A DNA stretch of 63,956 nucleotides, counting the filler, from assembly GCA_964501035.1 (NCBI GenBank). It is 16 parts of 16 records of this genome, joined end to end, with 100 filler letters (N's around TTAATTAATTAA, not from the genome) between each part and the next. Parts side by side here need not be neighbours in the genome. Positions count along the whole stretch, not along the records: positions 19,173 to 23,510 come from CAZCRK010000090.1; positions 23,611 to 27,897 come from CAZCRK010000091.1; positions 27,998 to 31,965 come from CAZCRK010000092.1; positions 32,066 to 35,981 come from CAZCRK010000093.1; 12 more parts are not named here. One strand, given 5' to 3'. This document shows, one piece after another, positions 22,062 to 33,531 of the stretch. The first letter of the stretch is position 1. Each line of letters starts with the position of its first letter. The notes under the pieces were generated by a model that saw only the letters and a list, made by a program, of their open reading frames with translations, made no database searches and was not told where the DNA came from. Made by a program: the position numbers and the translations under genes.

Positions 22062-22631
22062 CTATTTTAAGTATGCTTCAATTTTGAATGACAATATTTC
22101 TTGAGAGTTTGCTCGATCTCTTTCTGAACTTTTAAATTTTATGGATTTAAAATCTTCATTAAAGTATGGGTCAGCTTCTAAAAGAGCAATAAATTTATCA
22201 ATAACTGTAAATTCTTTTTGCTCAGGCTCAAGTCTTGCAATTGCAGAGATAGTTAATCTGTTTTTGCCGTAGTCTAATTCGGTGATTGCCATATCTTCTG
22301 GGGTGAATTCTGTCAAAGCCATTAGTTTTTCAGCCCAAAACACTCTACTTTCTTCTAACTTAAAGAGAGAAACAATATCTTTTTTTGATAAATTGATTTG
22401 CCCCTCTTTTTTGAGTGCATTAGTTTTTGATTTAATATCCGCAATAGTATTTTCTCTATTAGCAATCAAGTTATCAATATCAAGATTAAGGGAATAGAAC
22501 CAGTAACCTAGCCCAAGAAAAATTACAAAGATTAAAGAAAATACACCCCATTTCTTTCGCTCTTCTTTAATTTCAGCAAGTTGAGCCCTGCTTACAGTTT
22601 GATTTAAATTTATATGTATATATTTACTCAT
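22062..22631 (-). CDS. pilN: Type IV pilus assembly protein PilN
   Basis: IHINLN N-terminal PilM-binding motif, TM, coiled coil, PEDMAITEL; translationally coupled to pilM. Confidence 0.82.
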   Translation of the reverse strand: MSKYIHINLNQTVSRAQLAEIKEERKKWGVFSLIFVIFLGLGYWFYSLNLDIDNLIANRENTIADIKSKTNALKKEGQINLSKKDIVSLFKLEESRVFWAEKLMALTEFTPEDMAITELDYGKNRLTISAIARLEPEQKEFTVIDKFIALLEADPYFNEDFKSIKFKSSERDRANSQEILSFKIEAYLK

Positions 22632-23510
22632 TACTCTTTTTCATTTCCTGTTATAGCCAAGCCCATTGCAACTGCATATTGAGCTGGATTTGATACTTCT
22701 TTATCGCTTGAAACATTTTCAAATGGGTTAAACAATTCTATTTCAACTTTAAGCAAATCTGCTAAGAATGGTTTCAAACCAGGTACTGTTGCTGATCCAC
22801 CAGAGATGTAAAATTTGTTAAAAAATGCCTGAGAATTAGTTTTTATATAATAACGAAGTGTTTTTCTAATTTCATCTGCTAGACCTGTAAAGACAGTTTT
22901 TTCAGCAACTTTTATACTAAGAACTCCATCATCTTCATTTGAATTATCTGAGTTTAATGCTTCAATTCCTTTTTCAAGTTTAACTGTTTCAGCGGTTGCG
23001 TAGTCAACACCTTGAGCTTTTGCAATTGCTTTTGTAAACTCATGCCCTGCAATTTGTAGCTCACGAGTAAATAATGGCATGTCTTTACCCCAAACAATTA
23101 CCGATGTATGTTGATTCCCAATATTAAGCAATACATCCACACCTTCTTTAGGCAATCCTTTGTTTTCTAAATAGGTGTTAATCAATGCAACTGGATCAGA
23201 ATTAAAAACACCAGGTTTAAATCCTGCGTCTTTTACAATTTCTGCATGAGCATTAATTGTATTGCGCGTTGTGGCTACTAATAATACATTAATTTTATCA
23301 ATTTCTTTTGGATTATTGCCTAAAATATGATAATCAAGGATAGCTTCAGTTCCATCAAGTGGAATATGTTTTTTGGCTTCAAATTCTAATGATGCTGAAA
23401 GTTCATTATTTTCCATTTCTAAAGTTGCTATTTCTCGAATATTCACTTTTGAACCAGAAAGAGATGTTACTACATTTTTAACTTTCTTCGGATTTATACC
23501 AAGCGCTTTA
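22631..23510 (-). CDS. pilM: Type IV pilus assembly protein PilM (5' truncated)
   Basis: FEAKKHIP, VLLVAT, LLNIG, AGHEFTKAI, ISGGSA, NPF, AVAMGLA (actin-like FtsA/PilM fold). Confidence 0.9.
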
Positions 23511-23610
23511 NNNNNNNNNNNNNNNNNNNNNNNNNNNNNNNNNNNNNNNNNNNNTTAATTAATTAANNNNNNNNNNNNNNNNNNNNNNNNNNNNNNNNNN
23601 NNNNNNNNNN

Positions 23611-26600
23611 TCACCTCCAACTAAAGGGAATTGCATCGAGTTCGTAATATAAGCAACCTCTGCCCCCGTAGCATTGCCACCATTTGGAATGAACTCAACA
23701 AAAAAGTCGCTAGGTTCTGCAGGAGCATTGGATTCCCAGTCGCCGTAAACACCTTCTGTAAGCGTAAAAATGACATAGGTGTTATCGCTGGAGATAGAAG
23801 CACTTCTTGGTATAAACTTAGGTGGGAACATGTCCGGTAGAGAAATCCGTTCGCTTACTGTAGTGTGAGGCATTGAGTTGCCGGCAGTATCAAAGATTGC
23901 GGTAGATGAAGCTGGACTAATTGTAATTTCTTCCGTGCCGCTGGTTGGTCCTCCAATAGGATCCCAAGCAAATTTTACTGTTCGTTCTCCTCCGTATAAA
24001 ATAGTGTCCATGTTATTATTGTAAATATCAGTGAACTGAATACCTGCTGCAGTAGAGTCAGACTCGTTATTTTTATAGAACTCATAACTAAAATCAGTTG
24101 TATTGATTCCCAATGAACCAATATTGTACATGTCTTCACTTGCCGTAAGGGATATAATATTATCAGGGGCTATGTTCACTGCAGTAATCGTAGGATCCAG
24201 TTGATCAAATAAAGAAATCGTGTTAGTAGTACCATCTGAAACGGATAATCTATTGCCAAGAAAATTGGATATAGAGATGGCATTGTATGGTGTAATTACA
24301 ATTTCTTCCGCTCCACTGGCTGGTGGATTACTAATTGAAATTATTGCTCTAATCGTTTCTTCGCCACCAGACAACGGTGCACCATTAGTCTTTGTAAGAG
24401 TACTAATTGCTACATCAGTAGCATGCCCGCTGTCAGTTGGAGTAAAATTTATTTCGAAATATCCTGTTCCAACTGCACTGGACGTATCAATGGCACTAAA
24501 AACTCCTTCGCTAAAAGTTAAGTCCACGTAGCCATTATCTTCGGCTAGCGAAAATTCTCTTAACCATGGTTCCTTATTCAGGTTTATAGGTAGGGGGGGT
24601 ACCAAAGGTCGAATCATGGGGTTATTATAACTATCATATATTTCATTAGTATTTGGCAAGATAATAATTGTTTCGGTTCCATCTGGAGGGCCGGTAACAT
24701 TTAAGTAAACCCAAATGCTGTCTTCATTACCATTTAATGCCCCTGATGCACCAGGTCGTTGGAGACCCACTATTACTACTGTATCTGCATTACCACCGTT
24801 ATTAAAAAATTGCAACTCGAAATCCGATATTTCAAGACCACCGGAGCCATTAATATCTGTATAAACACCTTCTGAAAATGATAAAATGATAAAAGCATTA
24901 CTGGTGCTGATTGAGCTTAAATTTTCATTGATTTCTGGTGAGGTAGTATCAGCAATATGGAAACTAGCATTTGTTTGATAGATTAGGTTACCGATTTCAT
25001 CTTGCAAAACATTTGCATTAACTGTTAATAATACGTTTCTTTTTTCAATAAATGTCGGTATTGGAACAATGGTAATAATAAGATCATTAGCATCAATAGA
25101 TGCGTCAAAGTCTATGGATTCAGGATTGGATCCTCCATATGAGAGTTCAAAGAAACTATCTATATTGTCAGATTCAGGGTTAGCTCCATCAATTAGATAA
25201 ATTCTTTCGCTAAAGGTAATTTCTATATTATCAGTTGGTAAAATGGTATCTCCAACATCGGGATTAAAAGATAGGCTGGGCGGAGTTTGGTCAGGCAAAT
25301 TTATACTTTCCGCCTCTAAAACCAATAATGGTACACCTATATCGTTAAAAACTGAACTCTCAGATGCAGTGGATATTATTGCAACTTCGGTACCGCTTGG
25401 CGGTTCAGAATACTCTATATTTAACCTTATATCCTCTTCGCCACCCGTAAGTGGATTATTCAATAAGTTTGTAATAGAATGGAACCAAGCCGAATCGGTA
25501 TTTCCTCCATTGCTTTCAATAGTTATGCTGAAATCAGATATTTCCAGACCTGAACCATCTCCAGCATAAACATCCGGGTAATCTCCACCATACACTTCTT
25601 GGTTAAAATAATATTCTATACTGTTAAAGTTTTCTGAAATACTTGTTGAATCAACGAGCAATGAATACCCAATCCATGTTCCAACAGTTGTACCTCTATC
25701 TTCTATAGGATTTTGCCGGTCATCAACTACCACATAATAATCACCAGCTTCCAGATCTATCCGAGGTATCATATTTGCAAGAAAAGGCCTTGATTCAAGT
25801 CCCGAAATGCATTGGAATTGATATTCTTCCCAGGTCCCATCGGGGTAAACAATAAACCAGTTCGAGTCATCTTGAAAAAAAATCCAACTTGACATATCAC
25901 AACTAGCGGTAAAAATTGCAATTTGGACGTCTAAGTTCGTTGAATCATCACAAGTGGTAACATAAATTGTTTTTGGTTCTGTTAAGGTTAGTTTATATGT
26001 ATAATCATTTCCGTCCATTTGGTTTATACCTCCCTGGCTATTATCGATAAACTCGGGATCATCGGGTATTCCTGGAAAACTAAAGAAATCCCAATTATTA
26101 TTGGCAATGCTCATGTCAGATACACCTTTAAAGGGAAAATCTGCTTCAGTCAATTCTTGATCAAAGCATTCACCTGGTGCATTCAGTGTGATTACACCTG
26201 TCGTCGACGTATCTGCCATTGGCGATCCACCACCATCGTAAATTGAGGTGCTGGTAGCGGGTTTTATTTCAAAGGTTTCAACTCCAGTTGCTAGGTTTGG
26301 GTTCAGGCTTAGCCGCACAGTAAGTTCGCCGCCCTGTAGTTCTCCTCCGTCGGTATTATTAATGGAATTAAAAACCGGCTCAGATGCCACACCTCCATTT
26401 TCTTGGAAATTTGATACAACAAAACTGTTTATGTTTAATTCTAAAACAACATCAGTTTCCCACGGTGTTGATGAACTATAAGTGTTTTCATTCAGAGCTA
26501 TGTCAACATAATTATTATCTTCTTGCAGGGTGTAACCAGTTATATAGGGAGGAACAGTATATTCCACATTTATTTCATAATCACCTGGAGCATTATAACA

Positions 26601-27812
26601 GTCCACAACAATATAATAATCAGCTGCTGTAGTGCCATTTTCCTCCCTGGTTGATCCACCATTAATAATTCCATTATTATTATTAGAACTAACATCTTGA
26701 ACAGTAGTCTCTGATTCGTCAGGTTGCCATGGTGTAACCATATTAAAACGCCAATACGCAACCAAGCTGGATGATGAACTATAAGAACCCACATCAATAT
26801 TTGCATTTCTGGAAATACCATTATTATAAAGTTCTGCTATTTCTGCTGCTGACAATTCTGTATTCCAGAGCGCTATTTCGTCAATTTTTCCATCCATTCT
26901 TTCATTTACACCAATGTTTTCACTGATTGCTCCTATCCATAATGGTGCGGTATTACTGGTAATTGCATCAATAATTCCATCGTCAGTAATGTCTACACCA
27001 TCTAAATAAATATTTGCTGATGTTCCATTGAAAGTAGCAACTATATATATCCAATCAGTTGATGGAGTAAAGGGAGCATCTGCGTAGTTACCACTACCTG
27101 CTAGAAAAATAATAACTTGTGTTTCAGCGCTATATTCCAGCCCGTAGCCAGCTATATCGTTCCAATTATTTTTTTTCGAAATTATTCTTCTAAAAGTATT
27201 TGATGTTATATCATCCAATTTAATGCGTGCCATGATCGTTCCTTCATCGCCATTATTTTCACTGATATTCAGCGAATTGTTATGTGGTACGTCCACATAA
27301 TCGTCCACGCCGTCAAATACTAAGACCTTATTTACTTCTGGAGTTAATGTATATCCGTAGATGATACTTTTATAATTAGATCCAACACCACCACTACCAC
27401 CAATAGCTTCTGTACAAGCAAATGTATCTTCACCAAAACAGTCTGTTTCAGAAAAGCCTTCTCCAGATTCGGGGAAGAGGCATACTAAGTTTGAATCAAC
27501 ATAGGTTGCATCAGGCGTTTTCCTAAAGACACCAAGCATCGTATCAAAATTAGTGGTTGGGTTACATAAAGAAATATCAATCGTAATAGTATCAACAACG
27601 TTCAGTGTAAAAGCATAGTCTTCGCTTTGACCAGCTACACTAGCAACATAAGGAACAAAATCCCAATCGTTAGTTTCATCATTTAAGACATCCGTATGGG
27701 TAAATGGTATTTCCATGATAACCATATCACCATAGCCCTGGCCACCGCCCTGGCCATGCAACTGATTGAGAATAGCTATCAGAATTAATATGCGGGAAAT
27801 ACGTTTATTCAT
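23611..27812 (-). CDS. Large secreted protein with LamG (ConA-like) domain, two PPC-like domains and repeated Ig-like modules (3' truncated)
   Basis: Signal peptide; FDGVDDYV...GKIDEIALWN...LVAYWRFN LamG; repeats DNxYVxLTFSEGVY...GGEETIR...GxExIxIxP...IFDxxGN. Confidence 0.8.
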
Positions 27813-27997
27813 ATAATTCTGATAATTCCTGTAAAATATTAGTTAACATTGATCTTTGCTATCCCATAAGTTTTAATTGTAATGGGTTGGTTATCAGNNN
27901 NNNNNNNNNNNNNNNNNNNNNNNNNNNNNNNNNNNNNNNNNTTAATTAATTAANNNNNNNNNNNNNNNNNNNNNNNNNNNNNNNNNNNNNNNNNNNN

Positions 27998-28146
27998 ACG
28001 CCTTTTGGAAATGGCTGAAGGTTTGCTTGGGAATTTGGATGCTTCCCACGTTCAAATTGTTGTTCCTTTGAATCTTCTTCTTTTTCAATGTTACCAGTGA
28101 ATGTTTCATCTATTTTTTCTGTTAACTGGTCGTGGGCGTCCTGCAT
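27998..28146 (-). CDS. Putative terminase small subunit-like / DUF5681-type protein (3' truncated)
   Basis: HPNSQANLQPFPKG resembles the N-terminus preceding the GxSGNPxG motif; AGGAG RBS. Confidence 0.5.
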
Positions 28147-28154
28147 ATAGGCTC

Positions 28155-28361
28155 CTATTTCTCTTTGGGTTTTGTGTCAATATCAGCAGTGAGTTTGTGT
28201 AACTCTTGTAAGAATATTCTGAAATTAAACTCATTGCCAAATAATCCCGTATGTTGTGCCAAGAACTCAAGTATGTCCAACTTCTCGGATGGTGGAGTGT
28301 CATCGTGGTCTACCTTGTACTTTAAGTATTTTAATTTCTCCCTTGTACTGTATTTCTTCAT
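28155..28361 (-). CDS. Small hypothetical element protein
   Basis: 68-aa ORF with AAGGA RBS, co-oriented downstream of the primase. Confidence 0.6.
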   Translation of the reverse strand: MKKYSTREKLKYLKYKVDHDDTPPSEKLDILEFLAQHTGLFGNEFNFRIFLQELHKLTADIDTKPKEK

Positions 28362-28455
28362 TTGGTTTTCCTTTAATTACTATATCCTTTATGTTTGTCT
28401 ATTTGTCCATTTGAGTCGTGATATGGACATATGGACAACCATTTGGTACACACGC

Positions 28456-30453
28456 CTATTCTTCAATGTTAAGAGTCTTGATTTGCTCATATTTCAACTG
28501 GTAATGGTTGTGCCTTTTCTTTTTGATAAATCCAAACTCATCCATTTTATTCAGCCATCGAGTTGTTTTTTTGGTTACATTAGCTGGAGTATCATCTGGG
28601 AATGAGCCTTCCATAAATAAACTAATCTTATGTCTGTCAAAATCTGGTTCATCTGGATTACGTTCAGCGAACTCAATCAAGATTTTGTATTCCCATCTTT
28701 TTTTAACTTGCTCACAATGTAGACTCTCATTCCAAATTGTACCTTCATAATCAAATGTGCAAGTGGATGGATCAAATACTAAGCGTATTGGTTCATTGAG
28801 TAGATCGGTGTAGCCATCTCGCATCTTAGTAATCTTACCACGCCTTACATCAGCACCCATTGATGAGTTACCGATTTGAAATACATTACTTACATAGTTG
28901 GTCAATGTTTTACCGCCAGTAATGATGTTCTTTCCAAGTATAGGTTCTTTGTCGCCCTCATATTTGTTATGATGTGCAACAAGGATAAAAGCATTACGAC
29001 TAACATTTTTTATTTGGTTAAGTATCTTAAGTAATGGCTTTAATTCTTGATTCTTAGATACATCTTTATCGGTACTGGTGTATAGATTGTCCACAATGAC
29101 GACACCATCAGTAAAATCATTATCTTCAAGAGTCTTAGCAATCTTAAGCCAAGCATCTGTGAAAATGAGGTCTTCATCAGAAAGTACACTTGAGTGTAAA
29201 CGATTTTCTGTACCATTCAGATCGTATTTACCAAGCCTATTAGCTAATTGCTCTGAGCTTAATTCAAATTGAATCAGTAAAACTGGTCTTTGGTTTACTT
29301 CCCATCCAATGAAGTTTCTTCCAGATGCAATACAGACCGCCATCTGCAAAATAAACCAAGTCTTACCAACTCCATCTGTTCCTGACACAATGGTAACACC
29401 CTCTTCAACTAATAGATTTTGAATTATTGTTTTAGGCGGATCGGTATATGTTTTAATTAGTTCATTTGGCTCCATTAGTGAAAATCCTTTCGTATCATTT
29501 TTAGTTTTTTGTTTTACTGGCAGCGTGTATTCTTCTGCACCTACTACCGCTTTATCAAATTCACCAAAGATGTCATCCTTTGTAGCATCATCACAAACAT
29601 CATATCCTTTGGGTAATGATTCATCCCATTGTGCAATCTTTACGATAGTATCTGGTGATTCTTTTTTTATTCTTTCAGCAAGTTTCTCTGCGCCCTGTTT
29701 TCCCGGTACATCATTGTCATAGATTATGATGATGGTAGGGAAGACCAGTATCGAAGAAATATCATCTGGTATCTTTCCACAACCACCTGAAAACGTAATG
29801 CCCTGAACTGAACTTATAGACCAATCCTTTTCGCCTTCATAGATTATGAGTGGTCTTTCCTTATTGTATCTCTGGATAGAATCTTCAGCAAAGATTTGAC
29901 AATGTGCACCAATGACCTTTTCATCCTTGTCCTTTTGTCCTTCCCACCAAGGCATTTTCCCATCCTTACTTTTATGGTGCTTAATTGCTTCAGGATAGAT
30001 AAAAACAGTTCTGCCATCATCATCTAATCCGAGGTACTTATGTTTCCATTCTGCTATATCTGATGAGATTTCATTTACCTGATTTCTGTACCTATTTTTC
30101 AGTTTTTCCAACTCTACCATTTTATCGACCTCAAGTACCTGCTTATTTTCCATTTTAAGCGTGGTATTAGACTTATAACCATTAGTTCTGCCATTCTTTG
30201 AGTCTACTATCGATTCTTCTATGTACTGCGTAGGATTAGGCAAATTCAAGCGTTCTGCGAACTGGTAAGTATTGCCACTTCCACACCCTGAAAAACAAGT
30301 CCATAAGCCATTTTCGATAGACCATGAAAGGGATGGATTTTGGTCATCATGGAAAGGGCATAATCCCTGTCCTTGATTTCCTCGATACCTGATTTTTTGT
30401 ATACCGAAATCGAACTCAAAGATTCTTTGATAGTCCATTATCCTTGTAGCCAA
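28456..30453 (-). CDS. Primase-helicase (CHC2 zinc finger + TOPRIM + AAA_25/RepA-type helicase + C-terminal wHTH)
   Basis: CPFHDD..PS...CFSGC zinc finger; EGEKD and YDND TOPRIM; GTDGVGKT Walker A; VIVDN Walker B; LVAHHNK. Confidence 0.88.
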   Translation of the reverse strand: MATRIMDYQRIFEFDFGIQKIRYRGNQGQGLCPFHDDQNPSLSWSIENGLWTCFSGCGSGNTYQFAERLNLPNPTQYIEESIVDSKNGRTNGYKSNTTLKMENKQVLEVDKMVELEKLKNRYRNQVNEISSDIAEWKHKYLGLDDDGRTVFIYPEAIKHHKSKDGKMPWWEGQKDKDEKVIGAHCQIFAEDSIQRYNKERPLIIYEGEKDWSISSVQGITFSGGCGKIPDDISSILVFPTIIIIYDNDVPGKQGAEKLAERIKKESPDTIVKIAQWDESLPKGYDVCDDATKDDIFGEFDKAVVGAEEYTLPVKQKTKNDTKGFSLMEPNELIKTYTDPPKTIIQNLLVEEGVTIVSGTDGVGKTWFILQMAVCIASGRNFIGWEVNQRPVLLIQFELSSEQLANRLGKYDLNGTENRLHSSVLSDEDLIFTDAWLKIAKTLEDNDFTDGVVIVDNLYTSTDKDVSKNQELKPLLKILNQIKNVSRNAFILVAHHNKYEGDKEPILGKNIITGGKTLTNYVSNVFQIGNSSMGADVRRGKITKMRDGYTDLLNEPIRLVFDPSTCTFDYEGTIWNESLHCEQVKKRWEYKILIEFAERNPDEPDFDRHKISLFMEGSFPDDTPANVTKKTTRWLNKMDEFGFIKKKRHNHYQLKYEQIKTLNIEE

Positions 30454-30674
30454 TTATCTACATCTACTTTGCGAAATAATTTCTTCCCATCATCTTTAAA
30501 TGGTTTTAGAGTAGACCTCATTACTGCCCTTCTGATGGTTGGCTCAGATAATCGGGCGTAGTTGACTATATCCTTAATGGTCATAAGATTTGGATTATCT
30601 GATTTGGTAATTAGAGACTCAATCCTATCCAGTCTTTCAAAGATTGGGAGTAAGAGTTCTGATATGTGTGTCAT
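30438..30674 (-). CDS. Excisionase/AlpA-like HTH_17 DNA-binding protein
   Basis: LMTIKDIVNYARLSEPTIRRAV...LKPFK...KLFRKVDVDNWL; AGGAG RBS. Confidence 0.85.
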   Translation of the reverse strand: MTHISELLLPIFERLDRIESLITKSDNPNLMTIKDIVNYARLSEPTIRRAVMRSTLKPFKDDGKKLFRKVDVDNWLQG

Positions 30675-30969
30675 TGAAGACTCCTGTGTTAGTTACCTAA
30701 CAGGAGTTGGTTACGCTGTGGAAAAAATAACTTCTTAACTTTCGATATATCTGCTTTTATTACTTCCGTAACCGAGCGTAACCAGTTACAGGAAATGATA
30801 AATCATTACTCATCTTTTTTACTGTTTTTTCACATTACCGCTTGTGTTTTCTACACCCCATTTTGTAATGTCAAGTAGGTAGCCAACCAATTCATTGGGG
30901 TAGTTGTGTGAATGAAATATGGCACAGCTACCTTTGTCAGCCTCACATACCAAAGGAAAGAGAAGACAG

Positions 30970-31746
30970 ATGAATAAGAAAAAAGACAAACTGGCTACTA
31001 CCCATTCAGGGTATCCCCAGTTCGAATCTATTGACATCCATGAACTTGAAAATTTTAAGAAACAAGTCATTGAGGATATGTATGAGCCAACCAATACTCC
31101 GTTTGAAATCAAAGCATATGAACGGATTGTAACTGAAATAGAAGAACATCAGCTACAATATGTAACACGCCATTACTATCTTGATGGAAAGTTTCCAGAT
31201 GGTACTAAACAAATAGTATCATTTTCACCAAATGAGCCAGACCAGAACAAAGCTGACTTTAAAATAGATGATTGGAGTGAGCTTGAGATGAAGATTGGCA
31301 CATATGATGTAACACTCGTCAAAAAAGGTACTTCTTCAACAACTGAGTATAGATTGAAGAAACTTGGTTGGAAGAATAATCTAAAAACTCATTTACTCAG
31401 AACATTATCAAAAGGTGAATTAAGCTTCGCAGATTTCGTGCCTATGGTAAAATCAAAGCAGTCTATCAAAAATCAAATCTACATGGTAAACAAAAAGTTG
31501 AAAGATTTGTTCAACATGAGTGTAAACCCCATTGAGCATAATAACGGAAAATGGACTACATTGATTGATATTAAGATGCTTGATGCTGATGAATACTTAT
31601 TAGACGTAAATCGGGATTTGAATAACAGAAAGATATTCAATGAATTGACTAATGATATTCGTAACAAGGGGTATGATGAAACGTACAATCCTAATGCTAT
31701 GCAAGATTATCTACGCACACGTCATAATGAGGATGAGGAGTATTAA
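30970..31746 (+). CDS. Divergent hypothetical protein, possible wHTH regulator of the element
   Basis: ORF divergent from xis; HLLRTLSKGELSFADF...SIKNQIYMVNKKLK resembles a winged helix; alternative start 30919. Confidence 0.6.
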   Translation: MNKKKDKLATTHSGYPQFESIDIHELENFKKQVIEDMYEPTNTPFEIKAYERIVTEIEEHQLQYVTRHYYLDGKFPDGTKQIVSFSPNEPDQNKADFKIDDWSELEMKIGTYDVTLVKKGTSSTTEYRLKKLGWKNNLKTHLLRTLSKGELSFADFVPMVKSKQSIKNQIYMVNKKLKDLFNMSVNPIEHNNGKWTTLIDIKMLDADEYLLDVNRDLNNRKIFNELTNDIRNKGYDETYNPNAMQDYLRTRHNEDEEY

Positions 31747-31890
31747 ATCCACATATCTACTGTGGTATGTAGCTACACCATAACCCCTGTAAAACTATAC
31801 GCTAATAGGGGGGGGATGACTTTAATCAATAAATGTGGGGGAGAGTAAAGCATATATATAAATCCATACACGTCATAAGAGTACCAATCC

Positions 31891-31925
31891 TCCCACAAAC
31901 AAAAAACCCCGGGTGACCGGGGCTT
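31891..31925 (-). repeat. Hairpin/terminator-like repeat, same family as the 51.5-54.1 kb repeats
   Basis: + strand TCCCACAAACAAAAAACCCCGGGTGACCGGGGCTT; overlaps the stop of a minus-strand gene fragment (...DVTFLQH*, 31924-31965). Confidence 0.85.
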
Positions 31926-32065
31926 AGTGTTGTAAAAAGGTCACATCCCTATCTTTTCCTCTATCNNNNNNNNNNNNNNNNNNNNNNNNNNNNNNNNNNN
32001 NNNNNNNNNTTAATTAATTAANNNNNNNNNNNNNNNNNNNNNNNNNNNNNNNNNNNNNNNNNNNN

Positions 32066-33446
32066 CATACATCAGTTCATAAACCATATCCCCATCTTCA
32101 TCTGCCAATTCAGTTATCGAAGGGTCCCATCCCTGGAAGGAACCAGCTACATGGACACCATCTTCTTCATTAATGATTTCATAAGACATATCCACTCGAA
32201 ATGTCACCCAGACTCCTTCCGCTTCATACGAGCATTCTTCCAAGCTATTAAAGCAATATGCGGGTAGTACAGTATCAACATTTGGTACAACTAGAGATCG
32301 ATTACCACCAAAGGCTGTTTCATCATCACCCCAGGCATTTCCATTAATGTATTTATATTGAACTGTATCACCAGCGGTCAAGACTAAAGTAACAGAATAT
32401 TTACCATCAGCATCTTCATCGCTTAATGATGTTGCAGCAGGGTCCCAACCTTGCATGGAACCAGCAATATGTACACCGTTAGCACTAACGGTTTCGAAAT
32501 TCATATCTACTTGAAAGGTGATACTTGCCTCCGAACAAAGGTGGAGTGAATTAAAACAATATGCAGGTAAAACAGTATCAACATCTGGTACAACTAAAGA
32601 TCGATTGGATCCACCTTGAAATTCATCGCCACCCCAGGCATTTCCATTAATGTATTTATATTGAACTGTATCACCAGCGGTCAAGACTAAAGTAACAGAA
32701 TATACACCATCACCATCTGCATCACTTAATGCCGTTGCAGCTGGATCCCAACCTTGCATGGAACCAGCAATATGTACACCATCAGCACTAACGTCTTCAT
32801 TAGCCATATCCACTTGAAACGTTACACTTGCTACATTACAACTGTTAATTGGATAGGGGCAGGTAGAAGTAGCATTTGTCTCAGAATCATCGGAACATTG
32901 TGGTGCTGCTATCGTCCACTGTGTAGCATCAAATGTTGCACTGGGAGTACGACTATCACAGTTCCGAAATGCCCAAGCATCCACATAATCCCAAGCTTCA
33001 CCAGTTCCATCCGTAGCTTGATCACCATACAAATCTACCAGGGTTGTATCATTCGCTGATATTAAGAATAATTCGATTGCATCATCTCCATTTGGATTAA
33101 GAGAGGCATCATATCCGAAATCAACATTATAATCACCAAATACATCACCAAAATAATTCTGATAGGCTGCAGAATCGTACAAAAACCAGAAACTTTCGCC
33201 TTCAGCCAATGCTACTGCAGGAAGATTGGCTTCAATACCATCAGTACCACCACCATTATTAGCAACACCTACAGCGTATACACTGAGATCTGTTATATCT
33301 GCAATAGCAACTAATTCTAAAGCTTTACCAGAATTACCCCCCTCTGGAACTGTAAGATCTAGTACACCCCCAATTACAAGAGAACTAGTTTGTCCAAAAG
33401 CAATTGTGAAAATACTAAGACAAAATACTAATACCATTTTTTTCAT
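32066..33446 (-). CDS. N-terminal part of a secreted multi-CBM (starch/glycogen-binding-like) protein; continues in 61905-63956
   Basis: Signal peptide, lamin-tail-like domain, repeats VTFQVDM...GVHIAGSMQGWDP...YKYING..W (two near-identical copies 303 nt apart); 32066-32120 identical to 63902-63956. Confidence 0.85.
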
Positions 33447-33531
33447 TATTAAGCTCCTCCTGAAATGAAATTATGATTTTGCATTATACTTTAAATATCC
33501 TCGGGTGAAATATAGTAAATTATTTAGATAA

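Larger units (their letters stand above)
27998..31965. mobile_element. Fragment of a phage-satellite/PICI-like integrative element (regulator, Xis/AlpA, primase-helicase, terminase-small-like gene)
   Basis: Gene set and divergent arrangement typical of satellites; no integrase or att site within the contig. Confidence 0.7.

Noticed and set aside
28132..28605. 157-aa plus-strand ORF
   Set aside because: Overlaps three co-oriented minus-strand element genes; its composition is typical of an antisense shadow.
31808..31815. Poly-G tract (and poly-C at about 53337-53344) as phase-variation sites
   Set aside because: Short (8 nt) and intergenic, with no evidence of overlap with a promoter.
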